From the NCBI GenBank assembly GCA_963833575.1, contig CAWHXY010000004.1:864001-928000 (forward strand): 64,000 nt of DNA. Direction: 5' to 3'. The translations under genes were made by a program, and so were the position numbers. The notes beneath the pieces were generated by a model, which was given only the letters and a program-made list of their open reading frames with translations, made no database searches and was not told the DNA's origin. Position 1 is the first letter of the stretch. Every line of letters begins with the position of its first letter. The stretch comes from Candidatus Bathyarchaeota archaeon. GTDB taxonomy: Archaea > Thermoproteota > Bathyarchaeia > Bathyarchaeales > Bathycorpusculaceae. Positions 28,121 through 38,691 of this stretch are shown piece after piece.

Positions 28121-28200
28121 GATGAGTCTAAAAAAGTTTAGATAAGTCAAAAAAAGTTAGAAATAGATTAAGAAAGTTTGAAAAAGTCAAAATTAGTTAA
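28121..28200 (+). repeat. Phased array B: 8 x 10-bp A-rich units with core AGT(C/T)
   Basis: gatgAGTcta aaaaAGTtta gataAGTcaa aaaaAGTtag aaatAGAtta agaaAGTttg aaaaAGTcaa aattAGTtaa. Confidence 0.8.
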
Positions 28201-28408
28201 ACCGCTACAATGTTCATAGTGGATTTCTTAGTCTACCCGTGGCTTAGGGATTTCAGCGAAAAAAAGACCTATGGCAAAACAAAGGAGCAAGAAAATCAAA
28301 TTATGAAAACGTTAAGTGATATGTTAACCCAGACAGATTGATTAACTGCTTTGGAGAATTACAAAACAATCGCTACCACGGAACTGTAGCGAAAGAGAAG
28401 GCGATTGA

Positions 28409-29950
28409 ATGGCTCCTAGTATTGAGCTCATTGTAGCGGCGTTTCTGCTTATGGCTTTCTTAGCCGCGGTTCTATCTAACAAGCTCAAGATACCGTACAC
28501 TTTGATTTTAGTTTTGGCAGGAGTATTGGTCACTGTCATCGCATCTTCGCTAACATTGCAAGGTGGGTCTTTCCAAAACCTGATTTCTCAACTGAGATCA
28601 ATTTATACTCAATTGCTTCAAGGCGGTGGAGGCGGACTTTTCGTGGGTTTAGTGGTTCCACCATTGATTTTTGAAGCAATGATTCACCTTCGCGCCAGTG
28701 ATCTAAAGGCTGTAATCAAACCTTCATTAGCTTTAGCGACCGTGGGTGTCTTGATAGCAACCTCGGTTGGGGGGTTAATCTTGTGGAAGGTAGTTGGTCT
28801 TTCTCCATATGTTTCTTTTCTTTTTGCTGCCTTAATTGCTCCAACGGACACAGTCACGGTTTTAGAGGTTTTTCGACGAGTCAAGGTTCCTTCTAAACTA
28901 TCTACGCTACTCGACACCGAAGCAGCATTCAACGATGCCACTGGAATTGTTATCTTCTCAGTAATTCTTTCAACTATCAGTCTTCAAAAAGTCGCGATAA
29001 CACAAACAATCTTCAGTTTCGGGTTTAATCTAGGCGCAGGTGTCTTAATCGGCATCGGAGTCGCATTTCTAGGCGAATTGCTCTCAAGTCTAATAGAAGA
29101 CAAAGTGGCAGAAACCATTCTAGCGGTAGCCGTAGTGTACGGGTCCTACGCTTTAGCAACGGGAATAGGTGCTTCTGGACTGATAGCGGTTGCGGTTGCA
29201 GGTTTATACTTTGGTAACTTCACAATGCGATCTGCAATGGAACCAGCATCAAAAGAAGCCGTGACTACCTTCTGGCAGATAGCAGCATTCTTAGGCAACT
29301 CGATTGCGTTCACAATCATCGGTTTCGAAACAAACCTTATTACACTTTCGCAATCAGTTTTTGTCATTGTTGCAGCCTACGCTGCAGTGACCATAGCAAG
29401 AGCTGCCACAGTTTACCCAATTCTCACAATATTCAATAAATTCGGAGACAAAATATCCACAATTTGGCGTAACATTGCTATGCTTGGCGGAGTCCGAGGT
29501 GCATTGTCCATTGCTTTAGTAGCTACGATAACAACTTCTGCAGTTATCTCTCAGGGAGACATTAACATGCTAAACACAATGGTGCTTGGAGTAGCCTTCA
29601 TCTCAATTGTTCTTCAGGTGCCCTTGCTCTTCCGCTACGTAAGTAAAAAAATACCGCAAACGGAAACTGTTTCAACTACAGAAATTGACGAACAATTCGA
29701 GCTAATAGCCTCGCACATGCAAGAATTGAAAAAACTAAAATCAGAAGGCAAAATATCCAACGAGGAATTCACAAAAAGAATAGACGTAAACAAAAAGAAA
29801 CTCGACGACCTGATCGCAACTACGCCCATCACGATAGAAACAAGAAAAATTATCCGCGCAAGAGCTGCCGCATTATATACTTCTTTCCCCAAAATCCCAA
29901 AACGTAAAACCAAAAACAAGGAAACAAAAACTAATACAGTTGAAGAATAG
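28409..29950 (+). CDS. CPA1 family Na+(K+)/H+ antiporter (NhaP-like)
   Basis: About 12 TM segments, PPLIFEA, APTDTVTV, EAAFNDATG, GGVRGALSIAL. Confidence 0.92.
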   Translation: MAPSIELIVAAFLLMAFLAAVLSNKLKIPYTLILVLAGVLVTVIASSLTLQGGSFQNLISQLRSIYTQLLQGGGGGLFVGLVVPPLIFEAMIHLRASDLKAVIKPSLALATVGVLIATSVGGLILWKVVGLSPYVSFLFAALIAPTDTVTVLEVFRRVKVPSKLSTLLDTEAAFNDATGIVIFSVILSTISLQKVAITQTIFSFGFNLGAGVLIGIGVAFLGELLSSLIEDKVAETILAVAVVYGSYALATGIGASGLIAVAVAGLYFGNFTMRSAMEPASKEAVTTFWQIAAFLGNSIAFTIIGFETNLITLSQSVFVIVAAYAAVTIARAATVYPILTIFNKFGDKISTIWRNIAMLGGVRGALSIALVATITTSAVISQGDINMLNTMVLGVAFISIVLQVPLLFRYVSKKIPQTETVSTTEIDEQFELIASHMQELKKLKSEGKISNEEFTKRIDVNKKKLDDLIATTPITIETRKIIRARAAALYTSFPKIPKRKTKNKETKTNTVEE

Positions 29951-30110
29951 ACCGCAAAAATATGTTCAATCCAAATGAGCGCTTCTCCAATCTCTGAAAA
30001 GCATTAAGAAACAATGGCATTTAAATTTGTCAATTCCGTTAGTAAAATAATTAATCCGTTTAGTGGAATAGAAGGTTTTGTAGTCGGAATCCGATCAAAC
30101 AAAAAAACCA

Positions 30111-32612
30111 TTGGAAGAAACCCCATTTTCGGTCTATGTTAAAACTGGGTTATCTTCAGAAGAGGTAGTTCGAAAACTTCAAAAGTACGGCAATAACGAA
30201 ATCCCTGAAAAGAAAATTAGTCCTTTTCGCAAGTTTTTAGGTTATTTCTCGGGACCCATTCCTTGGATGATAGAAATTGCCTCGGTTCTATCTATAATTA
30301 TACAACACTATGACGATTTTGCAATTATTTTCACGTTGCTAATTGTGAATGCAGCAGTGGGATTTTGGCAAGAACGGAAAGCCGACAATGCTATAGAATT
30401 GTTAAAAAAGCGACTTGCCCCTAAAGCCCGCGTGTTAAGAGATGGAACATGGAATGAGATAGCTTCAAAGGAACTTGTCCCGGGAGACATTGTACGTGTC
30501 CGTTTGGGTGACATTGTCCCTGCTGATATCAAACTTATGAAAGGAACCTACTTGCTTGCGGACGAATCTGCGTTAACGGGGGAGTCGCTTCCTGTAGAGA
30601 AACATGTTTCTGACATTGCCTATGCTGGAGCTATCATTAGGCAAGGCGAAATGGACGCTTATGTTGTGGCAACAGGAATAAGCAGCTTCTTTGGAAAAAC
30701 CGCAAAACTGGTGGCGGAAGCCAGAACCATAAGTCACTTCCAAAAAGCAGTTATACGAATAGGAAACTACTTGATCATCCTTGCTGCAGTAATGGTTTCT
30801 GCTGTTGTTATCGCAGCTCTTTTTCGGCATGCCAATCCGTTAGCTATTCTGCAGTTTGCGCTGATTTTGGTTGTAGCTTCAATACCTGTCGCGTTGCCAG
30901 CCGTTTTGACAGTCACTATGGCTGTTGGGGCAATCGTGCTCGCTAAAAAAGAAGCCATCGTAAGCAAGTTGGTTTCAATTGAAGAAATGGCTGGAGTTGA
31001 CGTGTTATGCTCAGACAAAACAGGCACAATAACGAAGAATGAACTTACTATTGCAGAAGCAAAAACTTTAGGAAAATTCGAAATCGACGATGCCCTCCTA
31101 TTTGGAACATTGGCATCCAGAGGAGAAAATCACGATCCCATAGATGATGCTGTCATCACCAAAGCTAGGTCGATCAGAGCAGTAGCCGATGCTCTTGGTC
31201 AATACAGCGTAGTTGATTTTAAGCCGTTTGACCCTGTTTTGAAGAGGACAGAAGCCACGGTAGAGAGTCCAGATCATGAACGATTCAAAGTGGCCAAGGG
31301 TGCGCCGCAGGTTGTTTTGTCTCTTGTTTCTAACAAGACGGAAATCGAAGATAGAGTTAACGAAATTGTAAACACTTTTGCAATCAAAGGTCACCGAGCG
31401 TTAGGAGTAATTAAGGGAGACGAAGAAGGTAATTGGGAATTTGTTGGTCTCCTTGCAATTTACGACCCGCCCAGAGAAGACTCTGCTGAGACAATAAAAA
31501 CAGCCCAGAAAATGGGTATAAACGTCAAGATGGTTACTGGCGATCATATTGCTATAGCTAAACAGATTGCGCAAGAAGTCAATCTGGGCACAAACATAAT
31601 ACCCGCATCCGCCTTCACAGACAAGCCCGACAGCGAAGCTAAAGGCATTATTGAGGGTGCAGATGGTTTTGCCCAAGTTTTTCCTGAGCATAAATATCGC
31701 ATCGTTGAGTTGCTCCAAGAACAAGGACACATTGTAGGCATGACAGGCGATGGAGTTAATGATGCTCCGGCGTTAAAAAAGGCTGATGCAGGAGTTGCCG
31801 TTGACGGAGCCACTGACGCGGCTAAATCGGCAGCGGACGTGGTATTAACGAAGCCGGGTCTTTCCGTCATCATTGACGCGATAAAAGAGAGCCGCAAGAT
31901 TTTCGAACGTATGACCAATTACGCCGTCTACCGAATCGCTGAGACTACTCGAGTGTTAATTTTCTTATCGCTTGCAATCCTTGCCTTCAACTTTTATCCG
32001 TTAACGGCAGTAATGCTAGTCATTCTGGCGTTGCTCAACGACATTCCAATCATGACCATTGCTTATGATAATGTGAGGGTGCAAGAGAAACCCGTTCGCT
32101 GGAACATGCGTGGGGTATTAATCGTAGCGTCTCTGCTTGGCACAACAGGTGTCATTTCAAGTTTTGGGCTATTCTTGATTGGCTTAACAATATTTCACCT
32201 AAGCTTTAGTACACTGCAGACGCTGATTTTCTTAAAAATGGCCGTCGCAGGACACTTGACTATTTATTTGGCTCGAACTGGAGTGAACCACTTCTGGAAA
32301 CGTCCGCTTCCGGCCAGTATTCTCTTTGTTGCCACAGAGGTCACTCAAGTTGTTGGAACGTTGTTTGCTGTCTATGGTGTATTTATGAATCCGATTGGGT
32401 GGGGATTCGCCGCTTTCGTCTGGGGGTATGCATTGCTTGCTTTCTTGATAACCGACCAGTTAAAGATTCACTTCTTCAGGTTAATGGGGCATGAAGAAGC
32501 GATTTCTAATAGAGAACAATCCATAATTTCAACCACATTTTCTCATGTCAAATTGTACTTTTTCAAAACTTTTAAAAATCGTCAAACCCTGAAAATGAAG
32601 GAAGCGAAATAG
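30111..32612 (+). CDS. P3A plasma-membrane-type proton-exporting P-type ATPase
   Basis: GPIPWMIE, TGESLP, ASIPVALPAV, CSDKTGT, KGAPQ, GDGVNDAPALK, ALLNDIP (proton-acceptor Asp). Confidence 0.93.
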   Translation: MEETPFSVYVKTGLSSEEVVRKLQKYGNNEIPEKKISPFRKFLGYFSGPIPWMIEIASVLSIIIQHYDDFAIIFTLLIVNAAVGFWQERKADNAIELLKKRLAPKARVLRDGTWNEIASKELVPGDIVRVRLGDIVPADIKLMKGTYLLADESALTGESLPVEKHVSDIAYAGAIIRQGEMDAYVVATGISSFFGKTAKLVAEARTISHFQKAVIRIGNYLIILAAVMVSAVVIAALFRHANPLAILQFALILVVASIPVALPAVLTVTMAVGAIVLAKKEAIVSKLVSIEEMAGVDVLCSDKTGTITKNELTIAEAKTLGKFEIDDALLFGTLASRGENHDPIDDAVITKARSIRAVADALGQYSVVDFKPFDPVLKRTEATVESPDHERFKVAKGAPQVVLSLVSNKTEIEDRVNEIVNTFAIKGHRALGVIKGDEEGNWEFVGLLAIYDPPREDSAETIKTAQKMGINVKMVTGDHIAIAKQIAQEVNLGTNIIPASAFTDKPDSEAKGIIEGADGFAQVFPEHKYRIVELLQEQGHIVGMTGDGVNDAPALKKADAGVAVDGATDAAKSAADVVLTKPGLSVIIDAIKESRKIFERMTNYAVYRIAETTRVLIFLSLAILAFNFYPLTAVMLVILALLNDIPIMTIAYDNVRVQEKPVRWNMRGVLIVASLLGTTGVISSFGLFLIGLTIFHLSFSTLQTLIFLKMAVAGHLTIYLARTGVNHFWKRPLPASILFVATEVTQVVGTLFAVYGVFMNPIGWGFAAFVWGYALLAFLITDQLKIHFFRLMGHEEAISNREQSIISTTFSHVKLYFFKTFKNRQTLKMKEAK

Positions 32613-32693
32613 GTCAACTATAAAAAAGACAAGAAAACAATCTGGCGCCATTTACCCTTAGTAACTTTGCAGCTCATTTGCATGATTTTTTCG

Positions 32694-34505
32694 CTAAGTT
32701 CTCTTTTCTTCTTCTCCATCGACGCTTCCTGAAAGTTTAACCTCGTCCAATTTTGATCTAATCTCAATGTTATAGACCCGCCAGATGTCTTCTCGTGTGA
32801 TTATACCTATCAACTTTAGTTTACCTTCCTGTTCAATAACTGGTAAGCGTCCGACTTGGTTGCTTGTCATCTTGTCAAACGCTGTATAGAGGCTTTCATT
32901 TGGGGTTGTTGTGACCAGCTCTTTCGCCATTACTGAGCTCACTTTGGTCTTAGCCCTCTGATCTGGATGGACTTGAAGAACATCGGTAAGTGTAACTATG
33001 CCAACAAGTTTGCTGTTGTTATCCAAGACTGGATTGCCTTTTATTCCGTTCTTTGACAATATCTCAGCGACTTCTGAAATCAATGAGTTAGGCGTAGTTG
33101 TGATGATCTTTTTGGTCATTGCATCTTTGACAAATAGCTTTTGAAGTAGAGGAATTGAGTATTCGCCTCTGTGTGCTGGAGACTCAGCCCTTGATTGAAC
33201 CTGGCTTCTATAGATCGTTATTTTTCCTGTGATTACATATGCAATAGTTGTAGCTATCATAGATGGAACAAGCAGAGTGAATCCTCCCGTCATTTCGCTA
33301 ACCATAAGTATTACTGCAACAGGCACTTTGCCTACCCCACCGAAAAACGCCATCATCCCAACAATTACAAACGCTGCAATAACTGGACTAAAGTTTGGAA
33401 AAACATTGCTTAGAAGTATCCAAAGTGATGCGCCTAGCAAGCCTCCTACAACCAAGGCCGGAGCGAAAACGCCTCCGCTTCCTCCGGAACCTACCGTAAG
33501 TGAAGTAGCTATTATTTTGACTACTATAATTACAGGAATCAAAATGATAGGGAACAAGACGAAGTTACCCGTCATTGCTATTTGAAGCCAACCGTAACCC
33601 ATGCCGAGCACTTGCGGGAGAAACATTCCGATAATACCCACAAGTAATCCGCCCAATGCTGGTTTCAAGAAACGCGATATTCCTAGACGCTGAAAATAAG
33701 CTCTCATGCCGTAAAATCCCTTGACGTAAACTATGCCTACTAAACCACAGAGTAAACCCAAGACAGCGTAAAATGGCAGATTAATTGGATCGTTGAAGGC
33801 ACCCAGATTCATGTACCCAAATATGGGTGTCCATCCAGTATAGGACGCGAATATGCTGTAGCCCACAGTGGAAGCAATGAAGGCTGGCAGCAACGTCTCA
33901 ACTTCAAAATCACCAATGTAGAGAATTTCAGTGCTTAATATAGCCCCTCCAAATGGTGCCTTGAAGATAGAGCCGATTCCTGCGCCTATGCCAACTGCAA
34001 CTGCAATTCTTCTGTCTTTTGAGCTAAGATGAAGTCTCCTACCTAAGAAAGAACCGAAACCTGCGCCTATCTGCGCTGTTGGGCCTTCTCTGCCAGCACT
34101 TCCTCCAGAGCCAATTGTTATCGCTGAGGCCACAAGCTTAACTAAAGGTATTCGGGATCTAATCTCGCCCTTTTTATTATGAAAGGCATCAATTGCTGCG
34201 TCAGTTCCGTGGCCCTCAGCTTCTGGTGCAAAGCCATATACAAGTATGCCACTCAAGAGTCCACCAACAGTAGTCACCAGCGGGATCAAGTAAAAACGGG
34301 AAGAAACTAACCCTAAGGTTCCGCCTTCTCCCGCCGGTGAAGGAGCAAAAAAACCAGCGACGCCCCCGAGTAAAACTTTACTTGCGAGTCTAATGGCTTC
34401 ATAGAAAACAATACTTCCTACTCCGCTGACCAGGCCAATCAAAATAGCGATAGGAACCCATTTTCTAAGATAACTGAACTCCTGAGAAGCACTTGGGGAT
34501 TTCAC
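32694..34505 (-). CDS. ClC chloride channel/antiporter with CBS pair
   Basis: GHGTD, GSAGREGP (gating Glu present), GGVFAP, C-terminal tandem CBS domains. Confidence 0.93.
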   Translation of the reverse strand: MKSPSASQEFSYLRKWVPIAILIGLVSGVGSIVFYEAIRLASKVLLGGVAGFFAPSPAGEGGTLGLVSSRFYLIPLVTTVGGLLSGILVYGFAPEAEGHGTDAAIDAFHNKKGEIRSRIPLVKLVASAITIGSGGSAGREGPTAQIGAGFGSFLGRRLHLSSKDRRIAVAVGIGAGIGSIFKAPFGGAILSTEILYIGDFEVETLLPAFIASTVGYSIFASYTGWTPIFGYMNLGAFNDPINLPFYAVLGLLCGLVGIVYVKGFYGMRAYFQRLGISRFLKPALGGLLVGIIGMFLPQVLGMGYGWLQIAMTGNFVLFPIILIPVIIVVKIIATSLTVGSGGSGGVFAPALVVGGLLGASLWILLSNVFPNFSPVIAAFVIVGMMAFFGGVGKVPVAVILMVSEMTGGFTLLVPSMIATTIAYVITGKITIYRSQVQSRAESPAHRGEYSIPLLQKLFVKDAMTKKIITTTPNSLISEVAEILSKNGIKGNPVLDNNSKLVGIVTLTDVLQVHPDQRAKTKVSSVMAKELVTTTPNESLYTAFDKMTSNQVGRLPVIEQEGKLKLIGIITREDIWRVYNIEIRSKLDEVKLSGSVDGEEEKRT

Positions 34506-34766
34506 TTATTTTTTCCATCTCGAATATCCTTTGCACACATTAAAGTCAGATATAAATAGAATGCAAATAATATATCAAAATAGGATAAAAGGAATAGTGA
34601 AACCGGCTCTTTCTTTGGCTCCATATTTGAATTTTGGTTGTTCCTCGTGTTCCAGTATGTTCAAGGATTTTATTGGAATAATGATGTAAACACAGTCTTC
34701 AAACTTATAGAGTGCTTTTGTAGTTTCTTGAAGTTGGGCAATCAAGGACTTGTGGGAGTAGGATTA

Positions 34767-35006
34767 CTACCAGCGACCGCACATGCCCATGCCCATTCCA
34801 TGCCCATAAGGATATACAGATTGTCCTGACCCATAGGACCCTTGCTGTGGATACGGATAGTAACTGCCACTAGCCCCCTGTAAAATTTGGTTTGTAGAAT
34901 TGTTTCTTGTCTGCGCACCTGCAAATTGTGCAAACGCAATGCCAGCAACTACAGCGACCAGAACCGAAGCTACTACCAGGAGTATTATGGCTTTTGTCTT
35001 TTCCAT
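34767..35006 (-). CDS. Small exported peptide with Gly/Tyr-rich body and His/Met/Cys C-terminus
   Basis: Signal peptide ending GIAFA; C-terminus YPYGHGMGMGMCGRW; GAGGTGA RBS. Confidence 0.75.
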   Translation of the reverse strand: MEKTKAIILLVVASVLVAVVAGIAFAQFAGAQTRNNSTNQILQGASGSYYPYPQQGSYGSGQSVYPYGHGMGMGMCGRW

Positions 35007-35056
35007 TCTTTTTCACCTCAACATACTATTATGCTTGGAGTGGTAAGATAGTTCGC

Positions 35057-35104
35057 TGAAACAAAGTCAGTGATCTATGAAACAATATTGAAACAGTCTA
35101 AACA
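35057..35104 (+). promoter_or_regulatory. Helically phased TGAAACA direct repeats (putative operator)
   Basis: TGAAACA at 35057, 35078 and 35089, and TAAACA at 35099. Confidence 0.6.
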
Positions 35105-35174
35105 ATCGGGCTATGGATAAAAAACAGACGGAAGCGCATAAACTTTAATTCATCGCTCAGACTTTCTCTGAGAT

Positions 35175-35879
35175 ATGCAAAGATTGCATATTTTCCTCAT
35201 TATTCTTATCACGACAATTGCGGTGCTGATATCCATAGCTACAGTCGCTTGGTATCTATCCGTTACAGATCCATCCTACTACGGGTCAAGCTGGATGAGC
35301 CAAATGTGGGGTAACCATCTAGGCGCCAGCGGAAACTATGGAGGAATGGGCGGCATGATGGGAACCGGCAATGGAAGCAATGGAACAAACACAACCTCTT
35401 ATTTGTGGATAGTACCTGTATTGTTGATTGTTGCTTCCGCAGTTGCCGTCATCGGAGTTGTTTTTTACTTGGTTTTTCCTGAGCTAAGGTACATTAAAAG
35501 CAAAGGTTCATTCAATCCTCAAATGCCAGAACTTACTCCCACCCAAACAACAAACACAAGTACAACTGCCAACGTTTCTCCTGCTTCTGTTCCGCCTGTT
35601 TCAAGTGTTTCAGCTGTTTCAAATAGCTGCGAAGTACTTTTGAAAACAATGACTCCTGAAGAGCAGAAAGTTCTAAACATTTTGATCAATCATCAGGGCA
35701 AATATTTGCAGAAATATGTTGTAAAAGAAGCTGGTCTTAGCAGACTTAAGACTCATAGGGTAGTAGCTCGTTTCGCCCAACGAGGCATCGTAACAGTTAA
35801 TGAATTCGGGAACACCAATGAAATAATTCTGTCGGATTGGGTCAAAGGTTACACTGTACAAAAAACATCTGGATCCTAA
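35175..35879 (+). CDS. Membrane-anchored winged-helix regulator (2 TM, Met/Gly-rich loop)
   Basis: TM1, loop WMSQMWG..GGMGGMMG, TM2, C-terminal wHTH (QKYVVKEAGLSRLKTHRVVARFAQRGIV...GNTN). Confidence 0.82.
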   Translation: MQRLHIFLIILITTIAVLISIATVAWYLSVTDPSYYGSSWMSQMWGNHLGASGNYGGMGGMMGTGNGSNGTNTTSYLWIVPVLLIVASAVAVIGVVFYLVFPELRYIKSKGSFNPQMPELTPTQTTNTSTTANVSPASVPPVSSVSAVSNSCEVLLKTMTPEEQKVLNILINHQGKYLQKYVVKEAGLSRLKTHRVVARFAQRGIVTVNEFGNTNEIILSDWVKGYTVQKTSGS

Positions 35880-35977
35880 TTAGTTTCAGTGACGACATTT
35901 CTTCATGTCATCAACAAAATGTTAGTTTCCTTTTCCAAAATATTTGAAGAAGAATGTTAAGGCTAAACCTTAACCGC

Positions 35978-36166
35978 TTAGCAGTGGTCGCGACCGCAAC
36001 TGCAATTTTGACTCGATGACGTACCGCTGATGTATTTTTGGGGATTTGCTTCAAAGGATTTTTTGCAGCCTGGAGCGCAGAAATAGTAGTATTTGCCTTG
36101 ATAGATTGTTTTGTACTTTGCAGTTTTCTCATCGACTTCCATGTTGCATACTAAATCTTTAGCCAT
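35978..36166 (-). CDS. YHS/TRASH-domain metal chaperone
   Basis: KDLVCNMEV...YYYFCAPGCKKSFEANPQKY; C-terminal CSCGRDHC; strong RBS. Confidence 0.9.
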   Translation of the reverse strand: MAKDLVCNMEVDEKTAKYKTIYQGKYYYFCAPGCKKSFEANPQKYISGTSSSQNCSCGRDHC

Positions 36167-36203
36167 ATTTTTTCACCTCCAAAACATTGCTTGATGTCTG
36201 TGA

Positions 36204-38624
36204 CTATATTTTTGGTTTAAATCTCCTGAGGAGTGAGGCGTTTGTGACTACAGTTACTGAACTGCTTGCCATGGCTGCTGCCGCATACACCGGGTTAAAG
36301 AGGACATGCAAGATAGGATAGAATGCGCCTGCCGCCAAGGGAACGAGGATGATGTTGTAGAAGAATGCCCAGAATAGATTCTGCCGAATTTTCTTCATCG
36401 TCGCTCGACTTAACTGGATTGCGACAACTACATCTCGCAAATCGTTCTTTATTAACACTATATCTCCCGTTTCAATAGCTACATCTGTTCCGCTGCCCAC
36501 AGCTATCCCAATGTTAGCCTGGGCTAATGCGGGTGCATCGTTTATTCCGTCTCCGACCATAGCGACAACTTTGCCTTCTGCTTGAAGCCTCTTTATCTCT
36601 GTTGCTTTTTCGCTTGGAAGAACCTCTGCAAAGACGCGGTTAACGCCTACCTGCGCTGCGATGGCTTTGGCTGTTCTCTGGTTGTCGCCCGTAATCATGA
36701 TGACTTCCAATCCCATCTGTTGAAGGGTCTTTACTGCATCGGCGGAGTGCTCCTTTAAGGTGTCAGCCACCGCTATCAAACCTGCAAACTGGTTGTCAAC
36801 GGCTAGGAGCATGGCGGTTTTGCCTTCTTCCTCAAACGCCGACATTTCCCCCTCAAGCGCTCTGATGTCCAAGTTGTTTGCTTCCATCAGTTTTCGGTTG
36901 CCCAACAATATTTTGGCGCCTCTATGTTCCACCTCTACTCCGTATCCGGGGATAGCGTTGAACAATTCCGGTTCATCAATTTGGATTCCCTTTTCTTTTG
37001 CTTTTTTCACTATGGCTGCTCCCAGGGGATGCTCGGAGTTTTTCTCTGCGATGGCGGCGAACTGAAGAAGTTGAGCTTCCCCGAACGGTTCAGATGGGGC
37101 GATGTCGGTTACTTCGGGTTCGCCCTTCGTTAGTGTTCCTGTTTTATCAAAGACAATTGCTTGAAGCTTGTATACCGCTTCCAATGCTTCGCCGCTTTTT
37201 ATCAGGATGCCGTTTTCTGCTCCTTTTCCGACACCCACCATTATCGCTGTAGGAGTAGCGAGTCCAAGAGCGCAAGGGCAAGCCACTATTAACACTGCGA
37301 TGAAAACTGTGAGTGAGAAGATAAATGATGCTCCGACAATAAAGTACCATGCCAACGCTGAAAGTGTCGCCGTAATTATGATGGCTGGAACAAAATATCC
37401 CGAAGCAATGTCGGCTAATCTTTGAATTGGCGCTTTGGAAGTTAACGCATCTTCAACCATGCTTATGATTTGTGCAAGAACTGTGTCTTTGCCGACTTTT
37501 GTGGCTTTGAACTTTAGCATACCTGTCTTGTTCATGGTGGCTCCTATGACTTGGTCGCTGATTCTCTTTTCGACTGGGATGCTTTCGCCCGTGATGACTT
37601 TTTCGTCCACTGCCGAGTATCCTTCGGTAACAGTGCCGTCGACGGGAATTTTTTCTCCTGGTCTAACTACGACGATGTCGCCTACTTGTACGTCTTCAAC
37701 TGGAATTTCCTGTTCTTCGCCGTTGCGGATTACTCGGGCTGTTTTGGCTTGGAGACCCATGATTTTTCGGATGGCTTCCGAGGTTCTGCCCTTAGCTACG
37801 GCATCTAAGAGTTTTCCCAGCAAGATGAAGCTCATAATCATGGTGGCGGTATCGAAGAACACTCCTGCACCTGGGAAAACGTTTGGGGCAAAGGTTACGA
37901 CGGTGCTGTAAATCCATGCGGTGGATGTGCCCATGGCAATTAAGGTGTCCATGTTAGTGGTCTTGTTTCGTAGCCCTTTGTAGGTGCCAACGTAGAAGGT
38001 CCAGCCCACGATGAACTGAACTGGCGTTGCAAGTAGGAACATGAAGATGTTGTTTTGCTCCATGGGCAGAGGTGAGAGCCACATCAAAACAAGGATCGGA
38101 ATAGTCAGAGCAACGCTTGTGGCTAAAAGGATTTTTAGGTGTCGAATGTGGCGTTTGCGTTCTTCTCCCGCTGTGTCCTCATGGGTTTTTTGTTGTTGTT
38201 CGATTACTTGGTATCCGCTGTCCTGGATGGTTTTTTTGATGCTTGGCAAGCTGATTTGCTGGGGGTTATATTCGACTGAGACGCTTTCAGCGACAAAGTT
38301 GACGACTGCGTTATAGACTCCTTCGCGGTTGCCCAAGGCTTTCTCGATGGTTTTGGCGCAGTTAACGCATGACATGCCGCCGATTTGGAGGACGATTTTT
38401 TCGTGGATTACATGATAGCCTGAGTCGGTGATGACGGTTTCGATGGTTTTTTGGGTGATGAGGTCGGGGTTGTAGTCAATTAGTGCTTGTTCAGCGGCGA
38501 GATTTACTGTAGCTTGGGTTACGCCTTTTAGTTTGGCGAGTTCCTTTTCGATGGTATGTGCGCAGTTTATGCAGCTCATGCCACCGATGTTGAGGGTGAT
38601 TCTCTTGTTTTTTTCTTGGCTCAT
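36204..38624 (-). CDS. copA: Cu(I)-translocating P1B-1 ATPase
   Basis: Two GMSCxxC HMA domains, [28 protein letters not shown]. Confidence 0.95.
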   Translation of the reverse strand: MSQEKNKRITLNIGGMSCINCAHTIEKELAKLKGVTQATVNLAAEQALIDYNPDLITQKTIETVITDSGYHVIHEKIVLQIGGMSCVNCAKTIEKALGNREGVYNAVVNFVAESVSVEYNPQQISLPSIKKTIQDSGYQVIEQQQKTHEDTAGEERKRHIRHLKILLATSVALTIPILVLMWLSPLPMEQNNIFMFLLATPVQFIVGWTFYVGTYKGLRNKTTNMDTLIAMGTSTAWIYSTVVTFAPNVFPGAGVFFDTATMIMSFILLGKLLDAVAKGRTSEAIRKIMGLQAKTARVIRNGEEQEIPVEDVQVGDIVVVRPGEKIPVDGTVTEGYSAVDEKVITGESIPVEKRISDQVIGATMNKTGMLKFKATKVGKDTVLAQIISMVEDALTSKAPIQRLADIASGYFVPAIIITATLSALAWYFIVGASFIFSLTVFIAVLIVACPCALGLATPTAIMVGVGKGAENGILIKSGEALEAVYKLQAIVFDKTGTLTKGEPEVTDIAPSEPFGEAQLLQFAAIAEKNSEHPLGAAIVKKAKEKGIQIDEPELFNAIPGYGVEVEHRGAKILLGNRKLMEANNLDIRALEGEMSAFEEEGKTAMLLAVDNQFAGLIAVADTLKEHSADAVKTLQQMGLEVIMITGDNQRTAKAIAAQVGVNRVFAEVLPSEKATEIKRLQAEGKVVAMVGDGINDAPALAQANIGIAVGSGTDVAIETGDIVLIKNDLRDVVVAIQLSRATMKKIRQNLFWAFFYNIILVPLAAGAFYPILHVLFNPVYAAAAMASSSVTVVTNASLLRRFKPKI

Positions 38625-38691
38625 ATTATCTTTGCCTTGAGTTGTGTCTTTTTTGCGTTTATCTTAGTCAAGTCCATTTTTGATAAATCTG

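Noticed and set aside
27921-28200. Phased arrays considered as a CRISPR or mini-CRISPR
   Set aside because: The 10-bp units have no 25-45 bp repeat/spacer structure, and no cas genes are present.
28210-28341. 43-codon ORF after phased array B
   Set aside because: No RBS or recognisable motif; it cannot be distinguished from chance.
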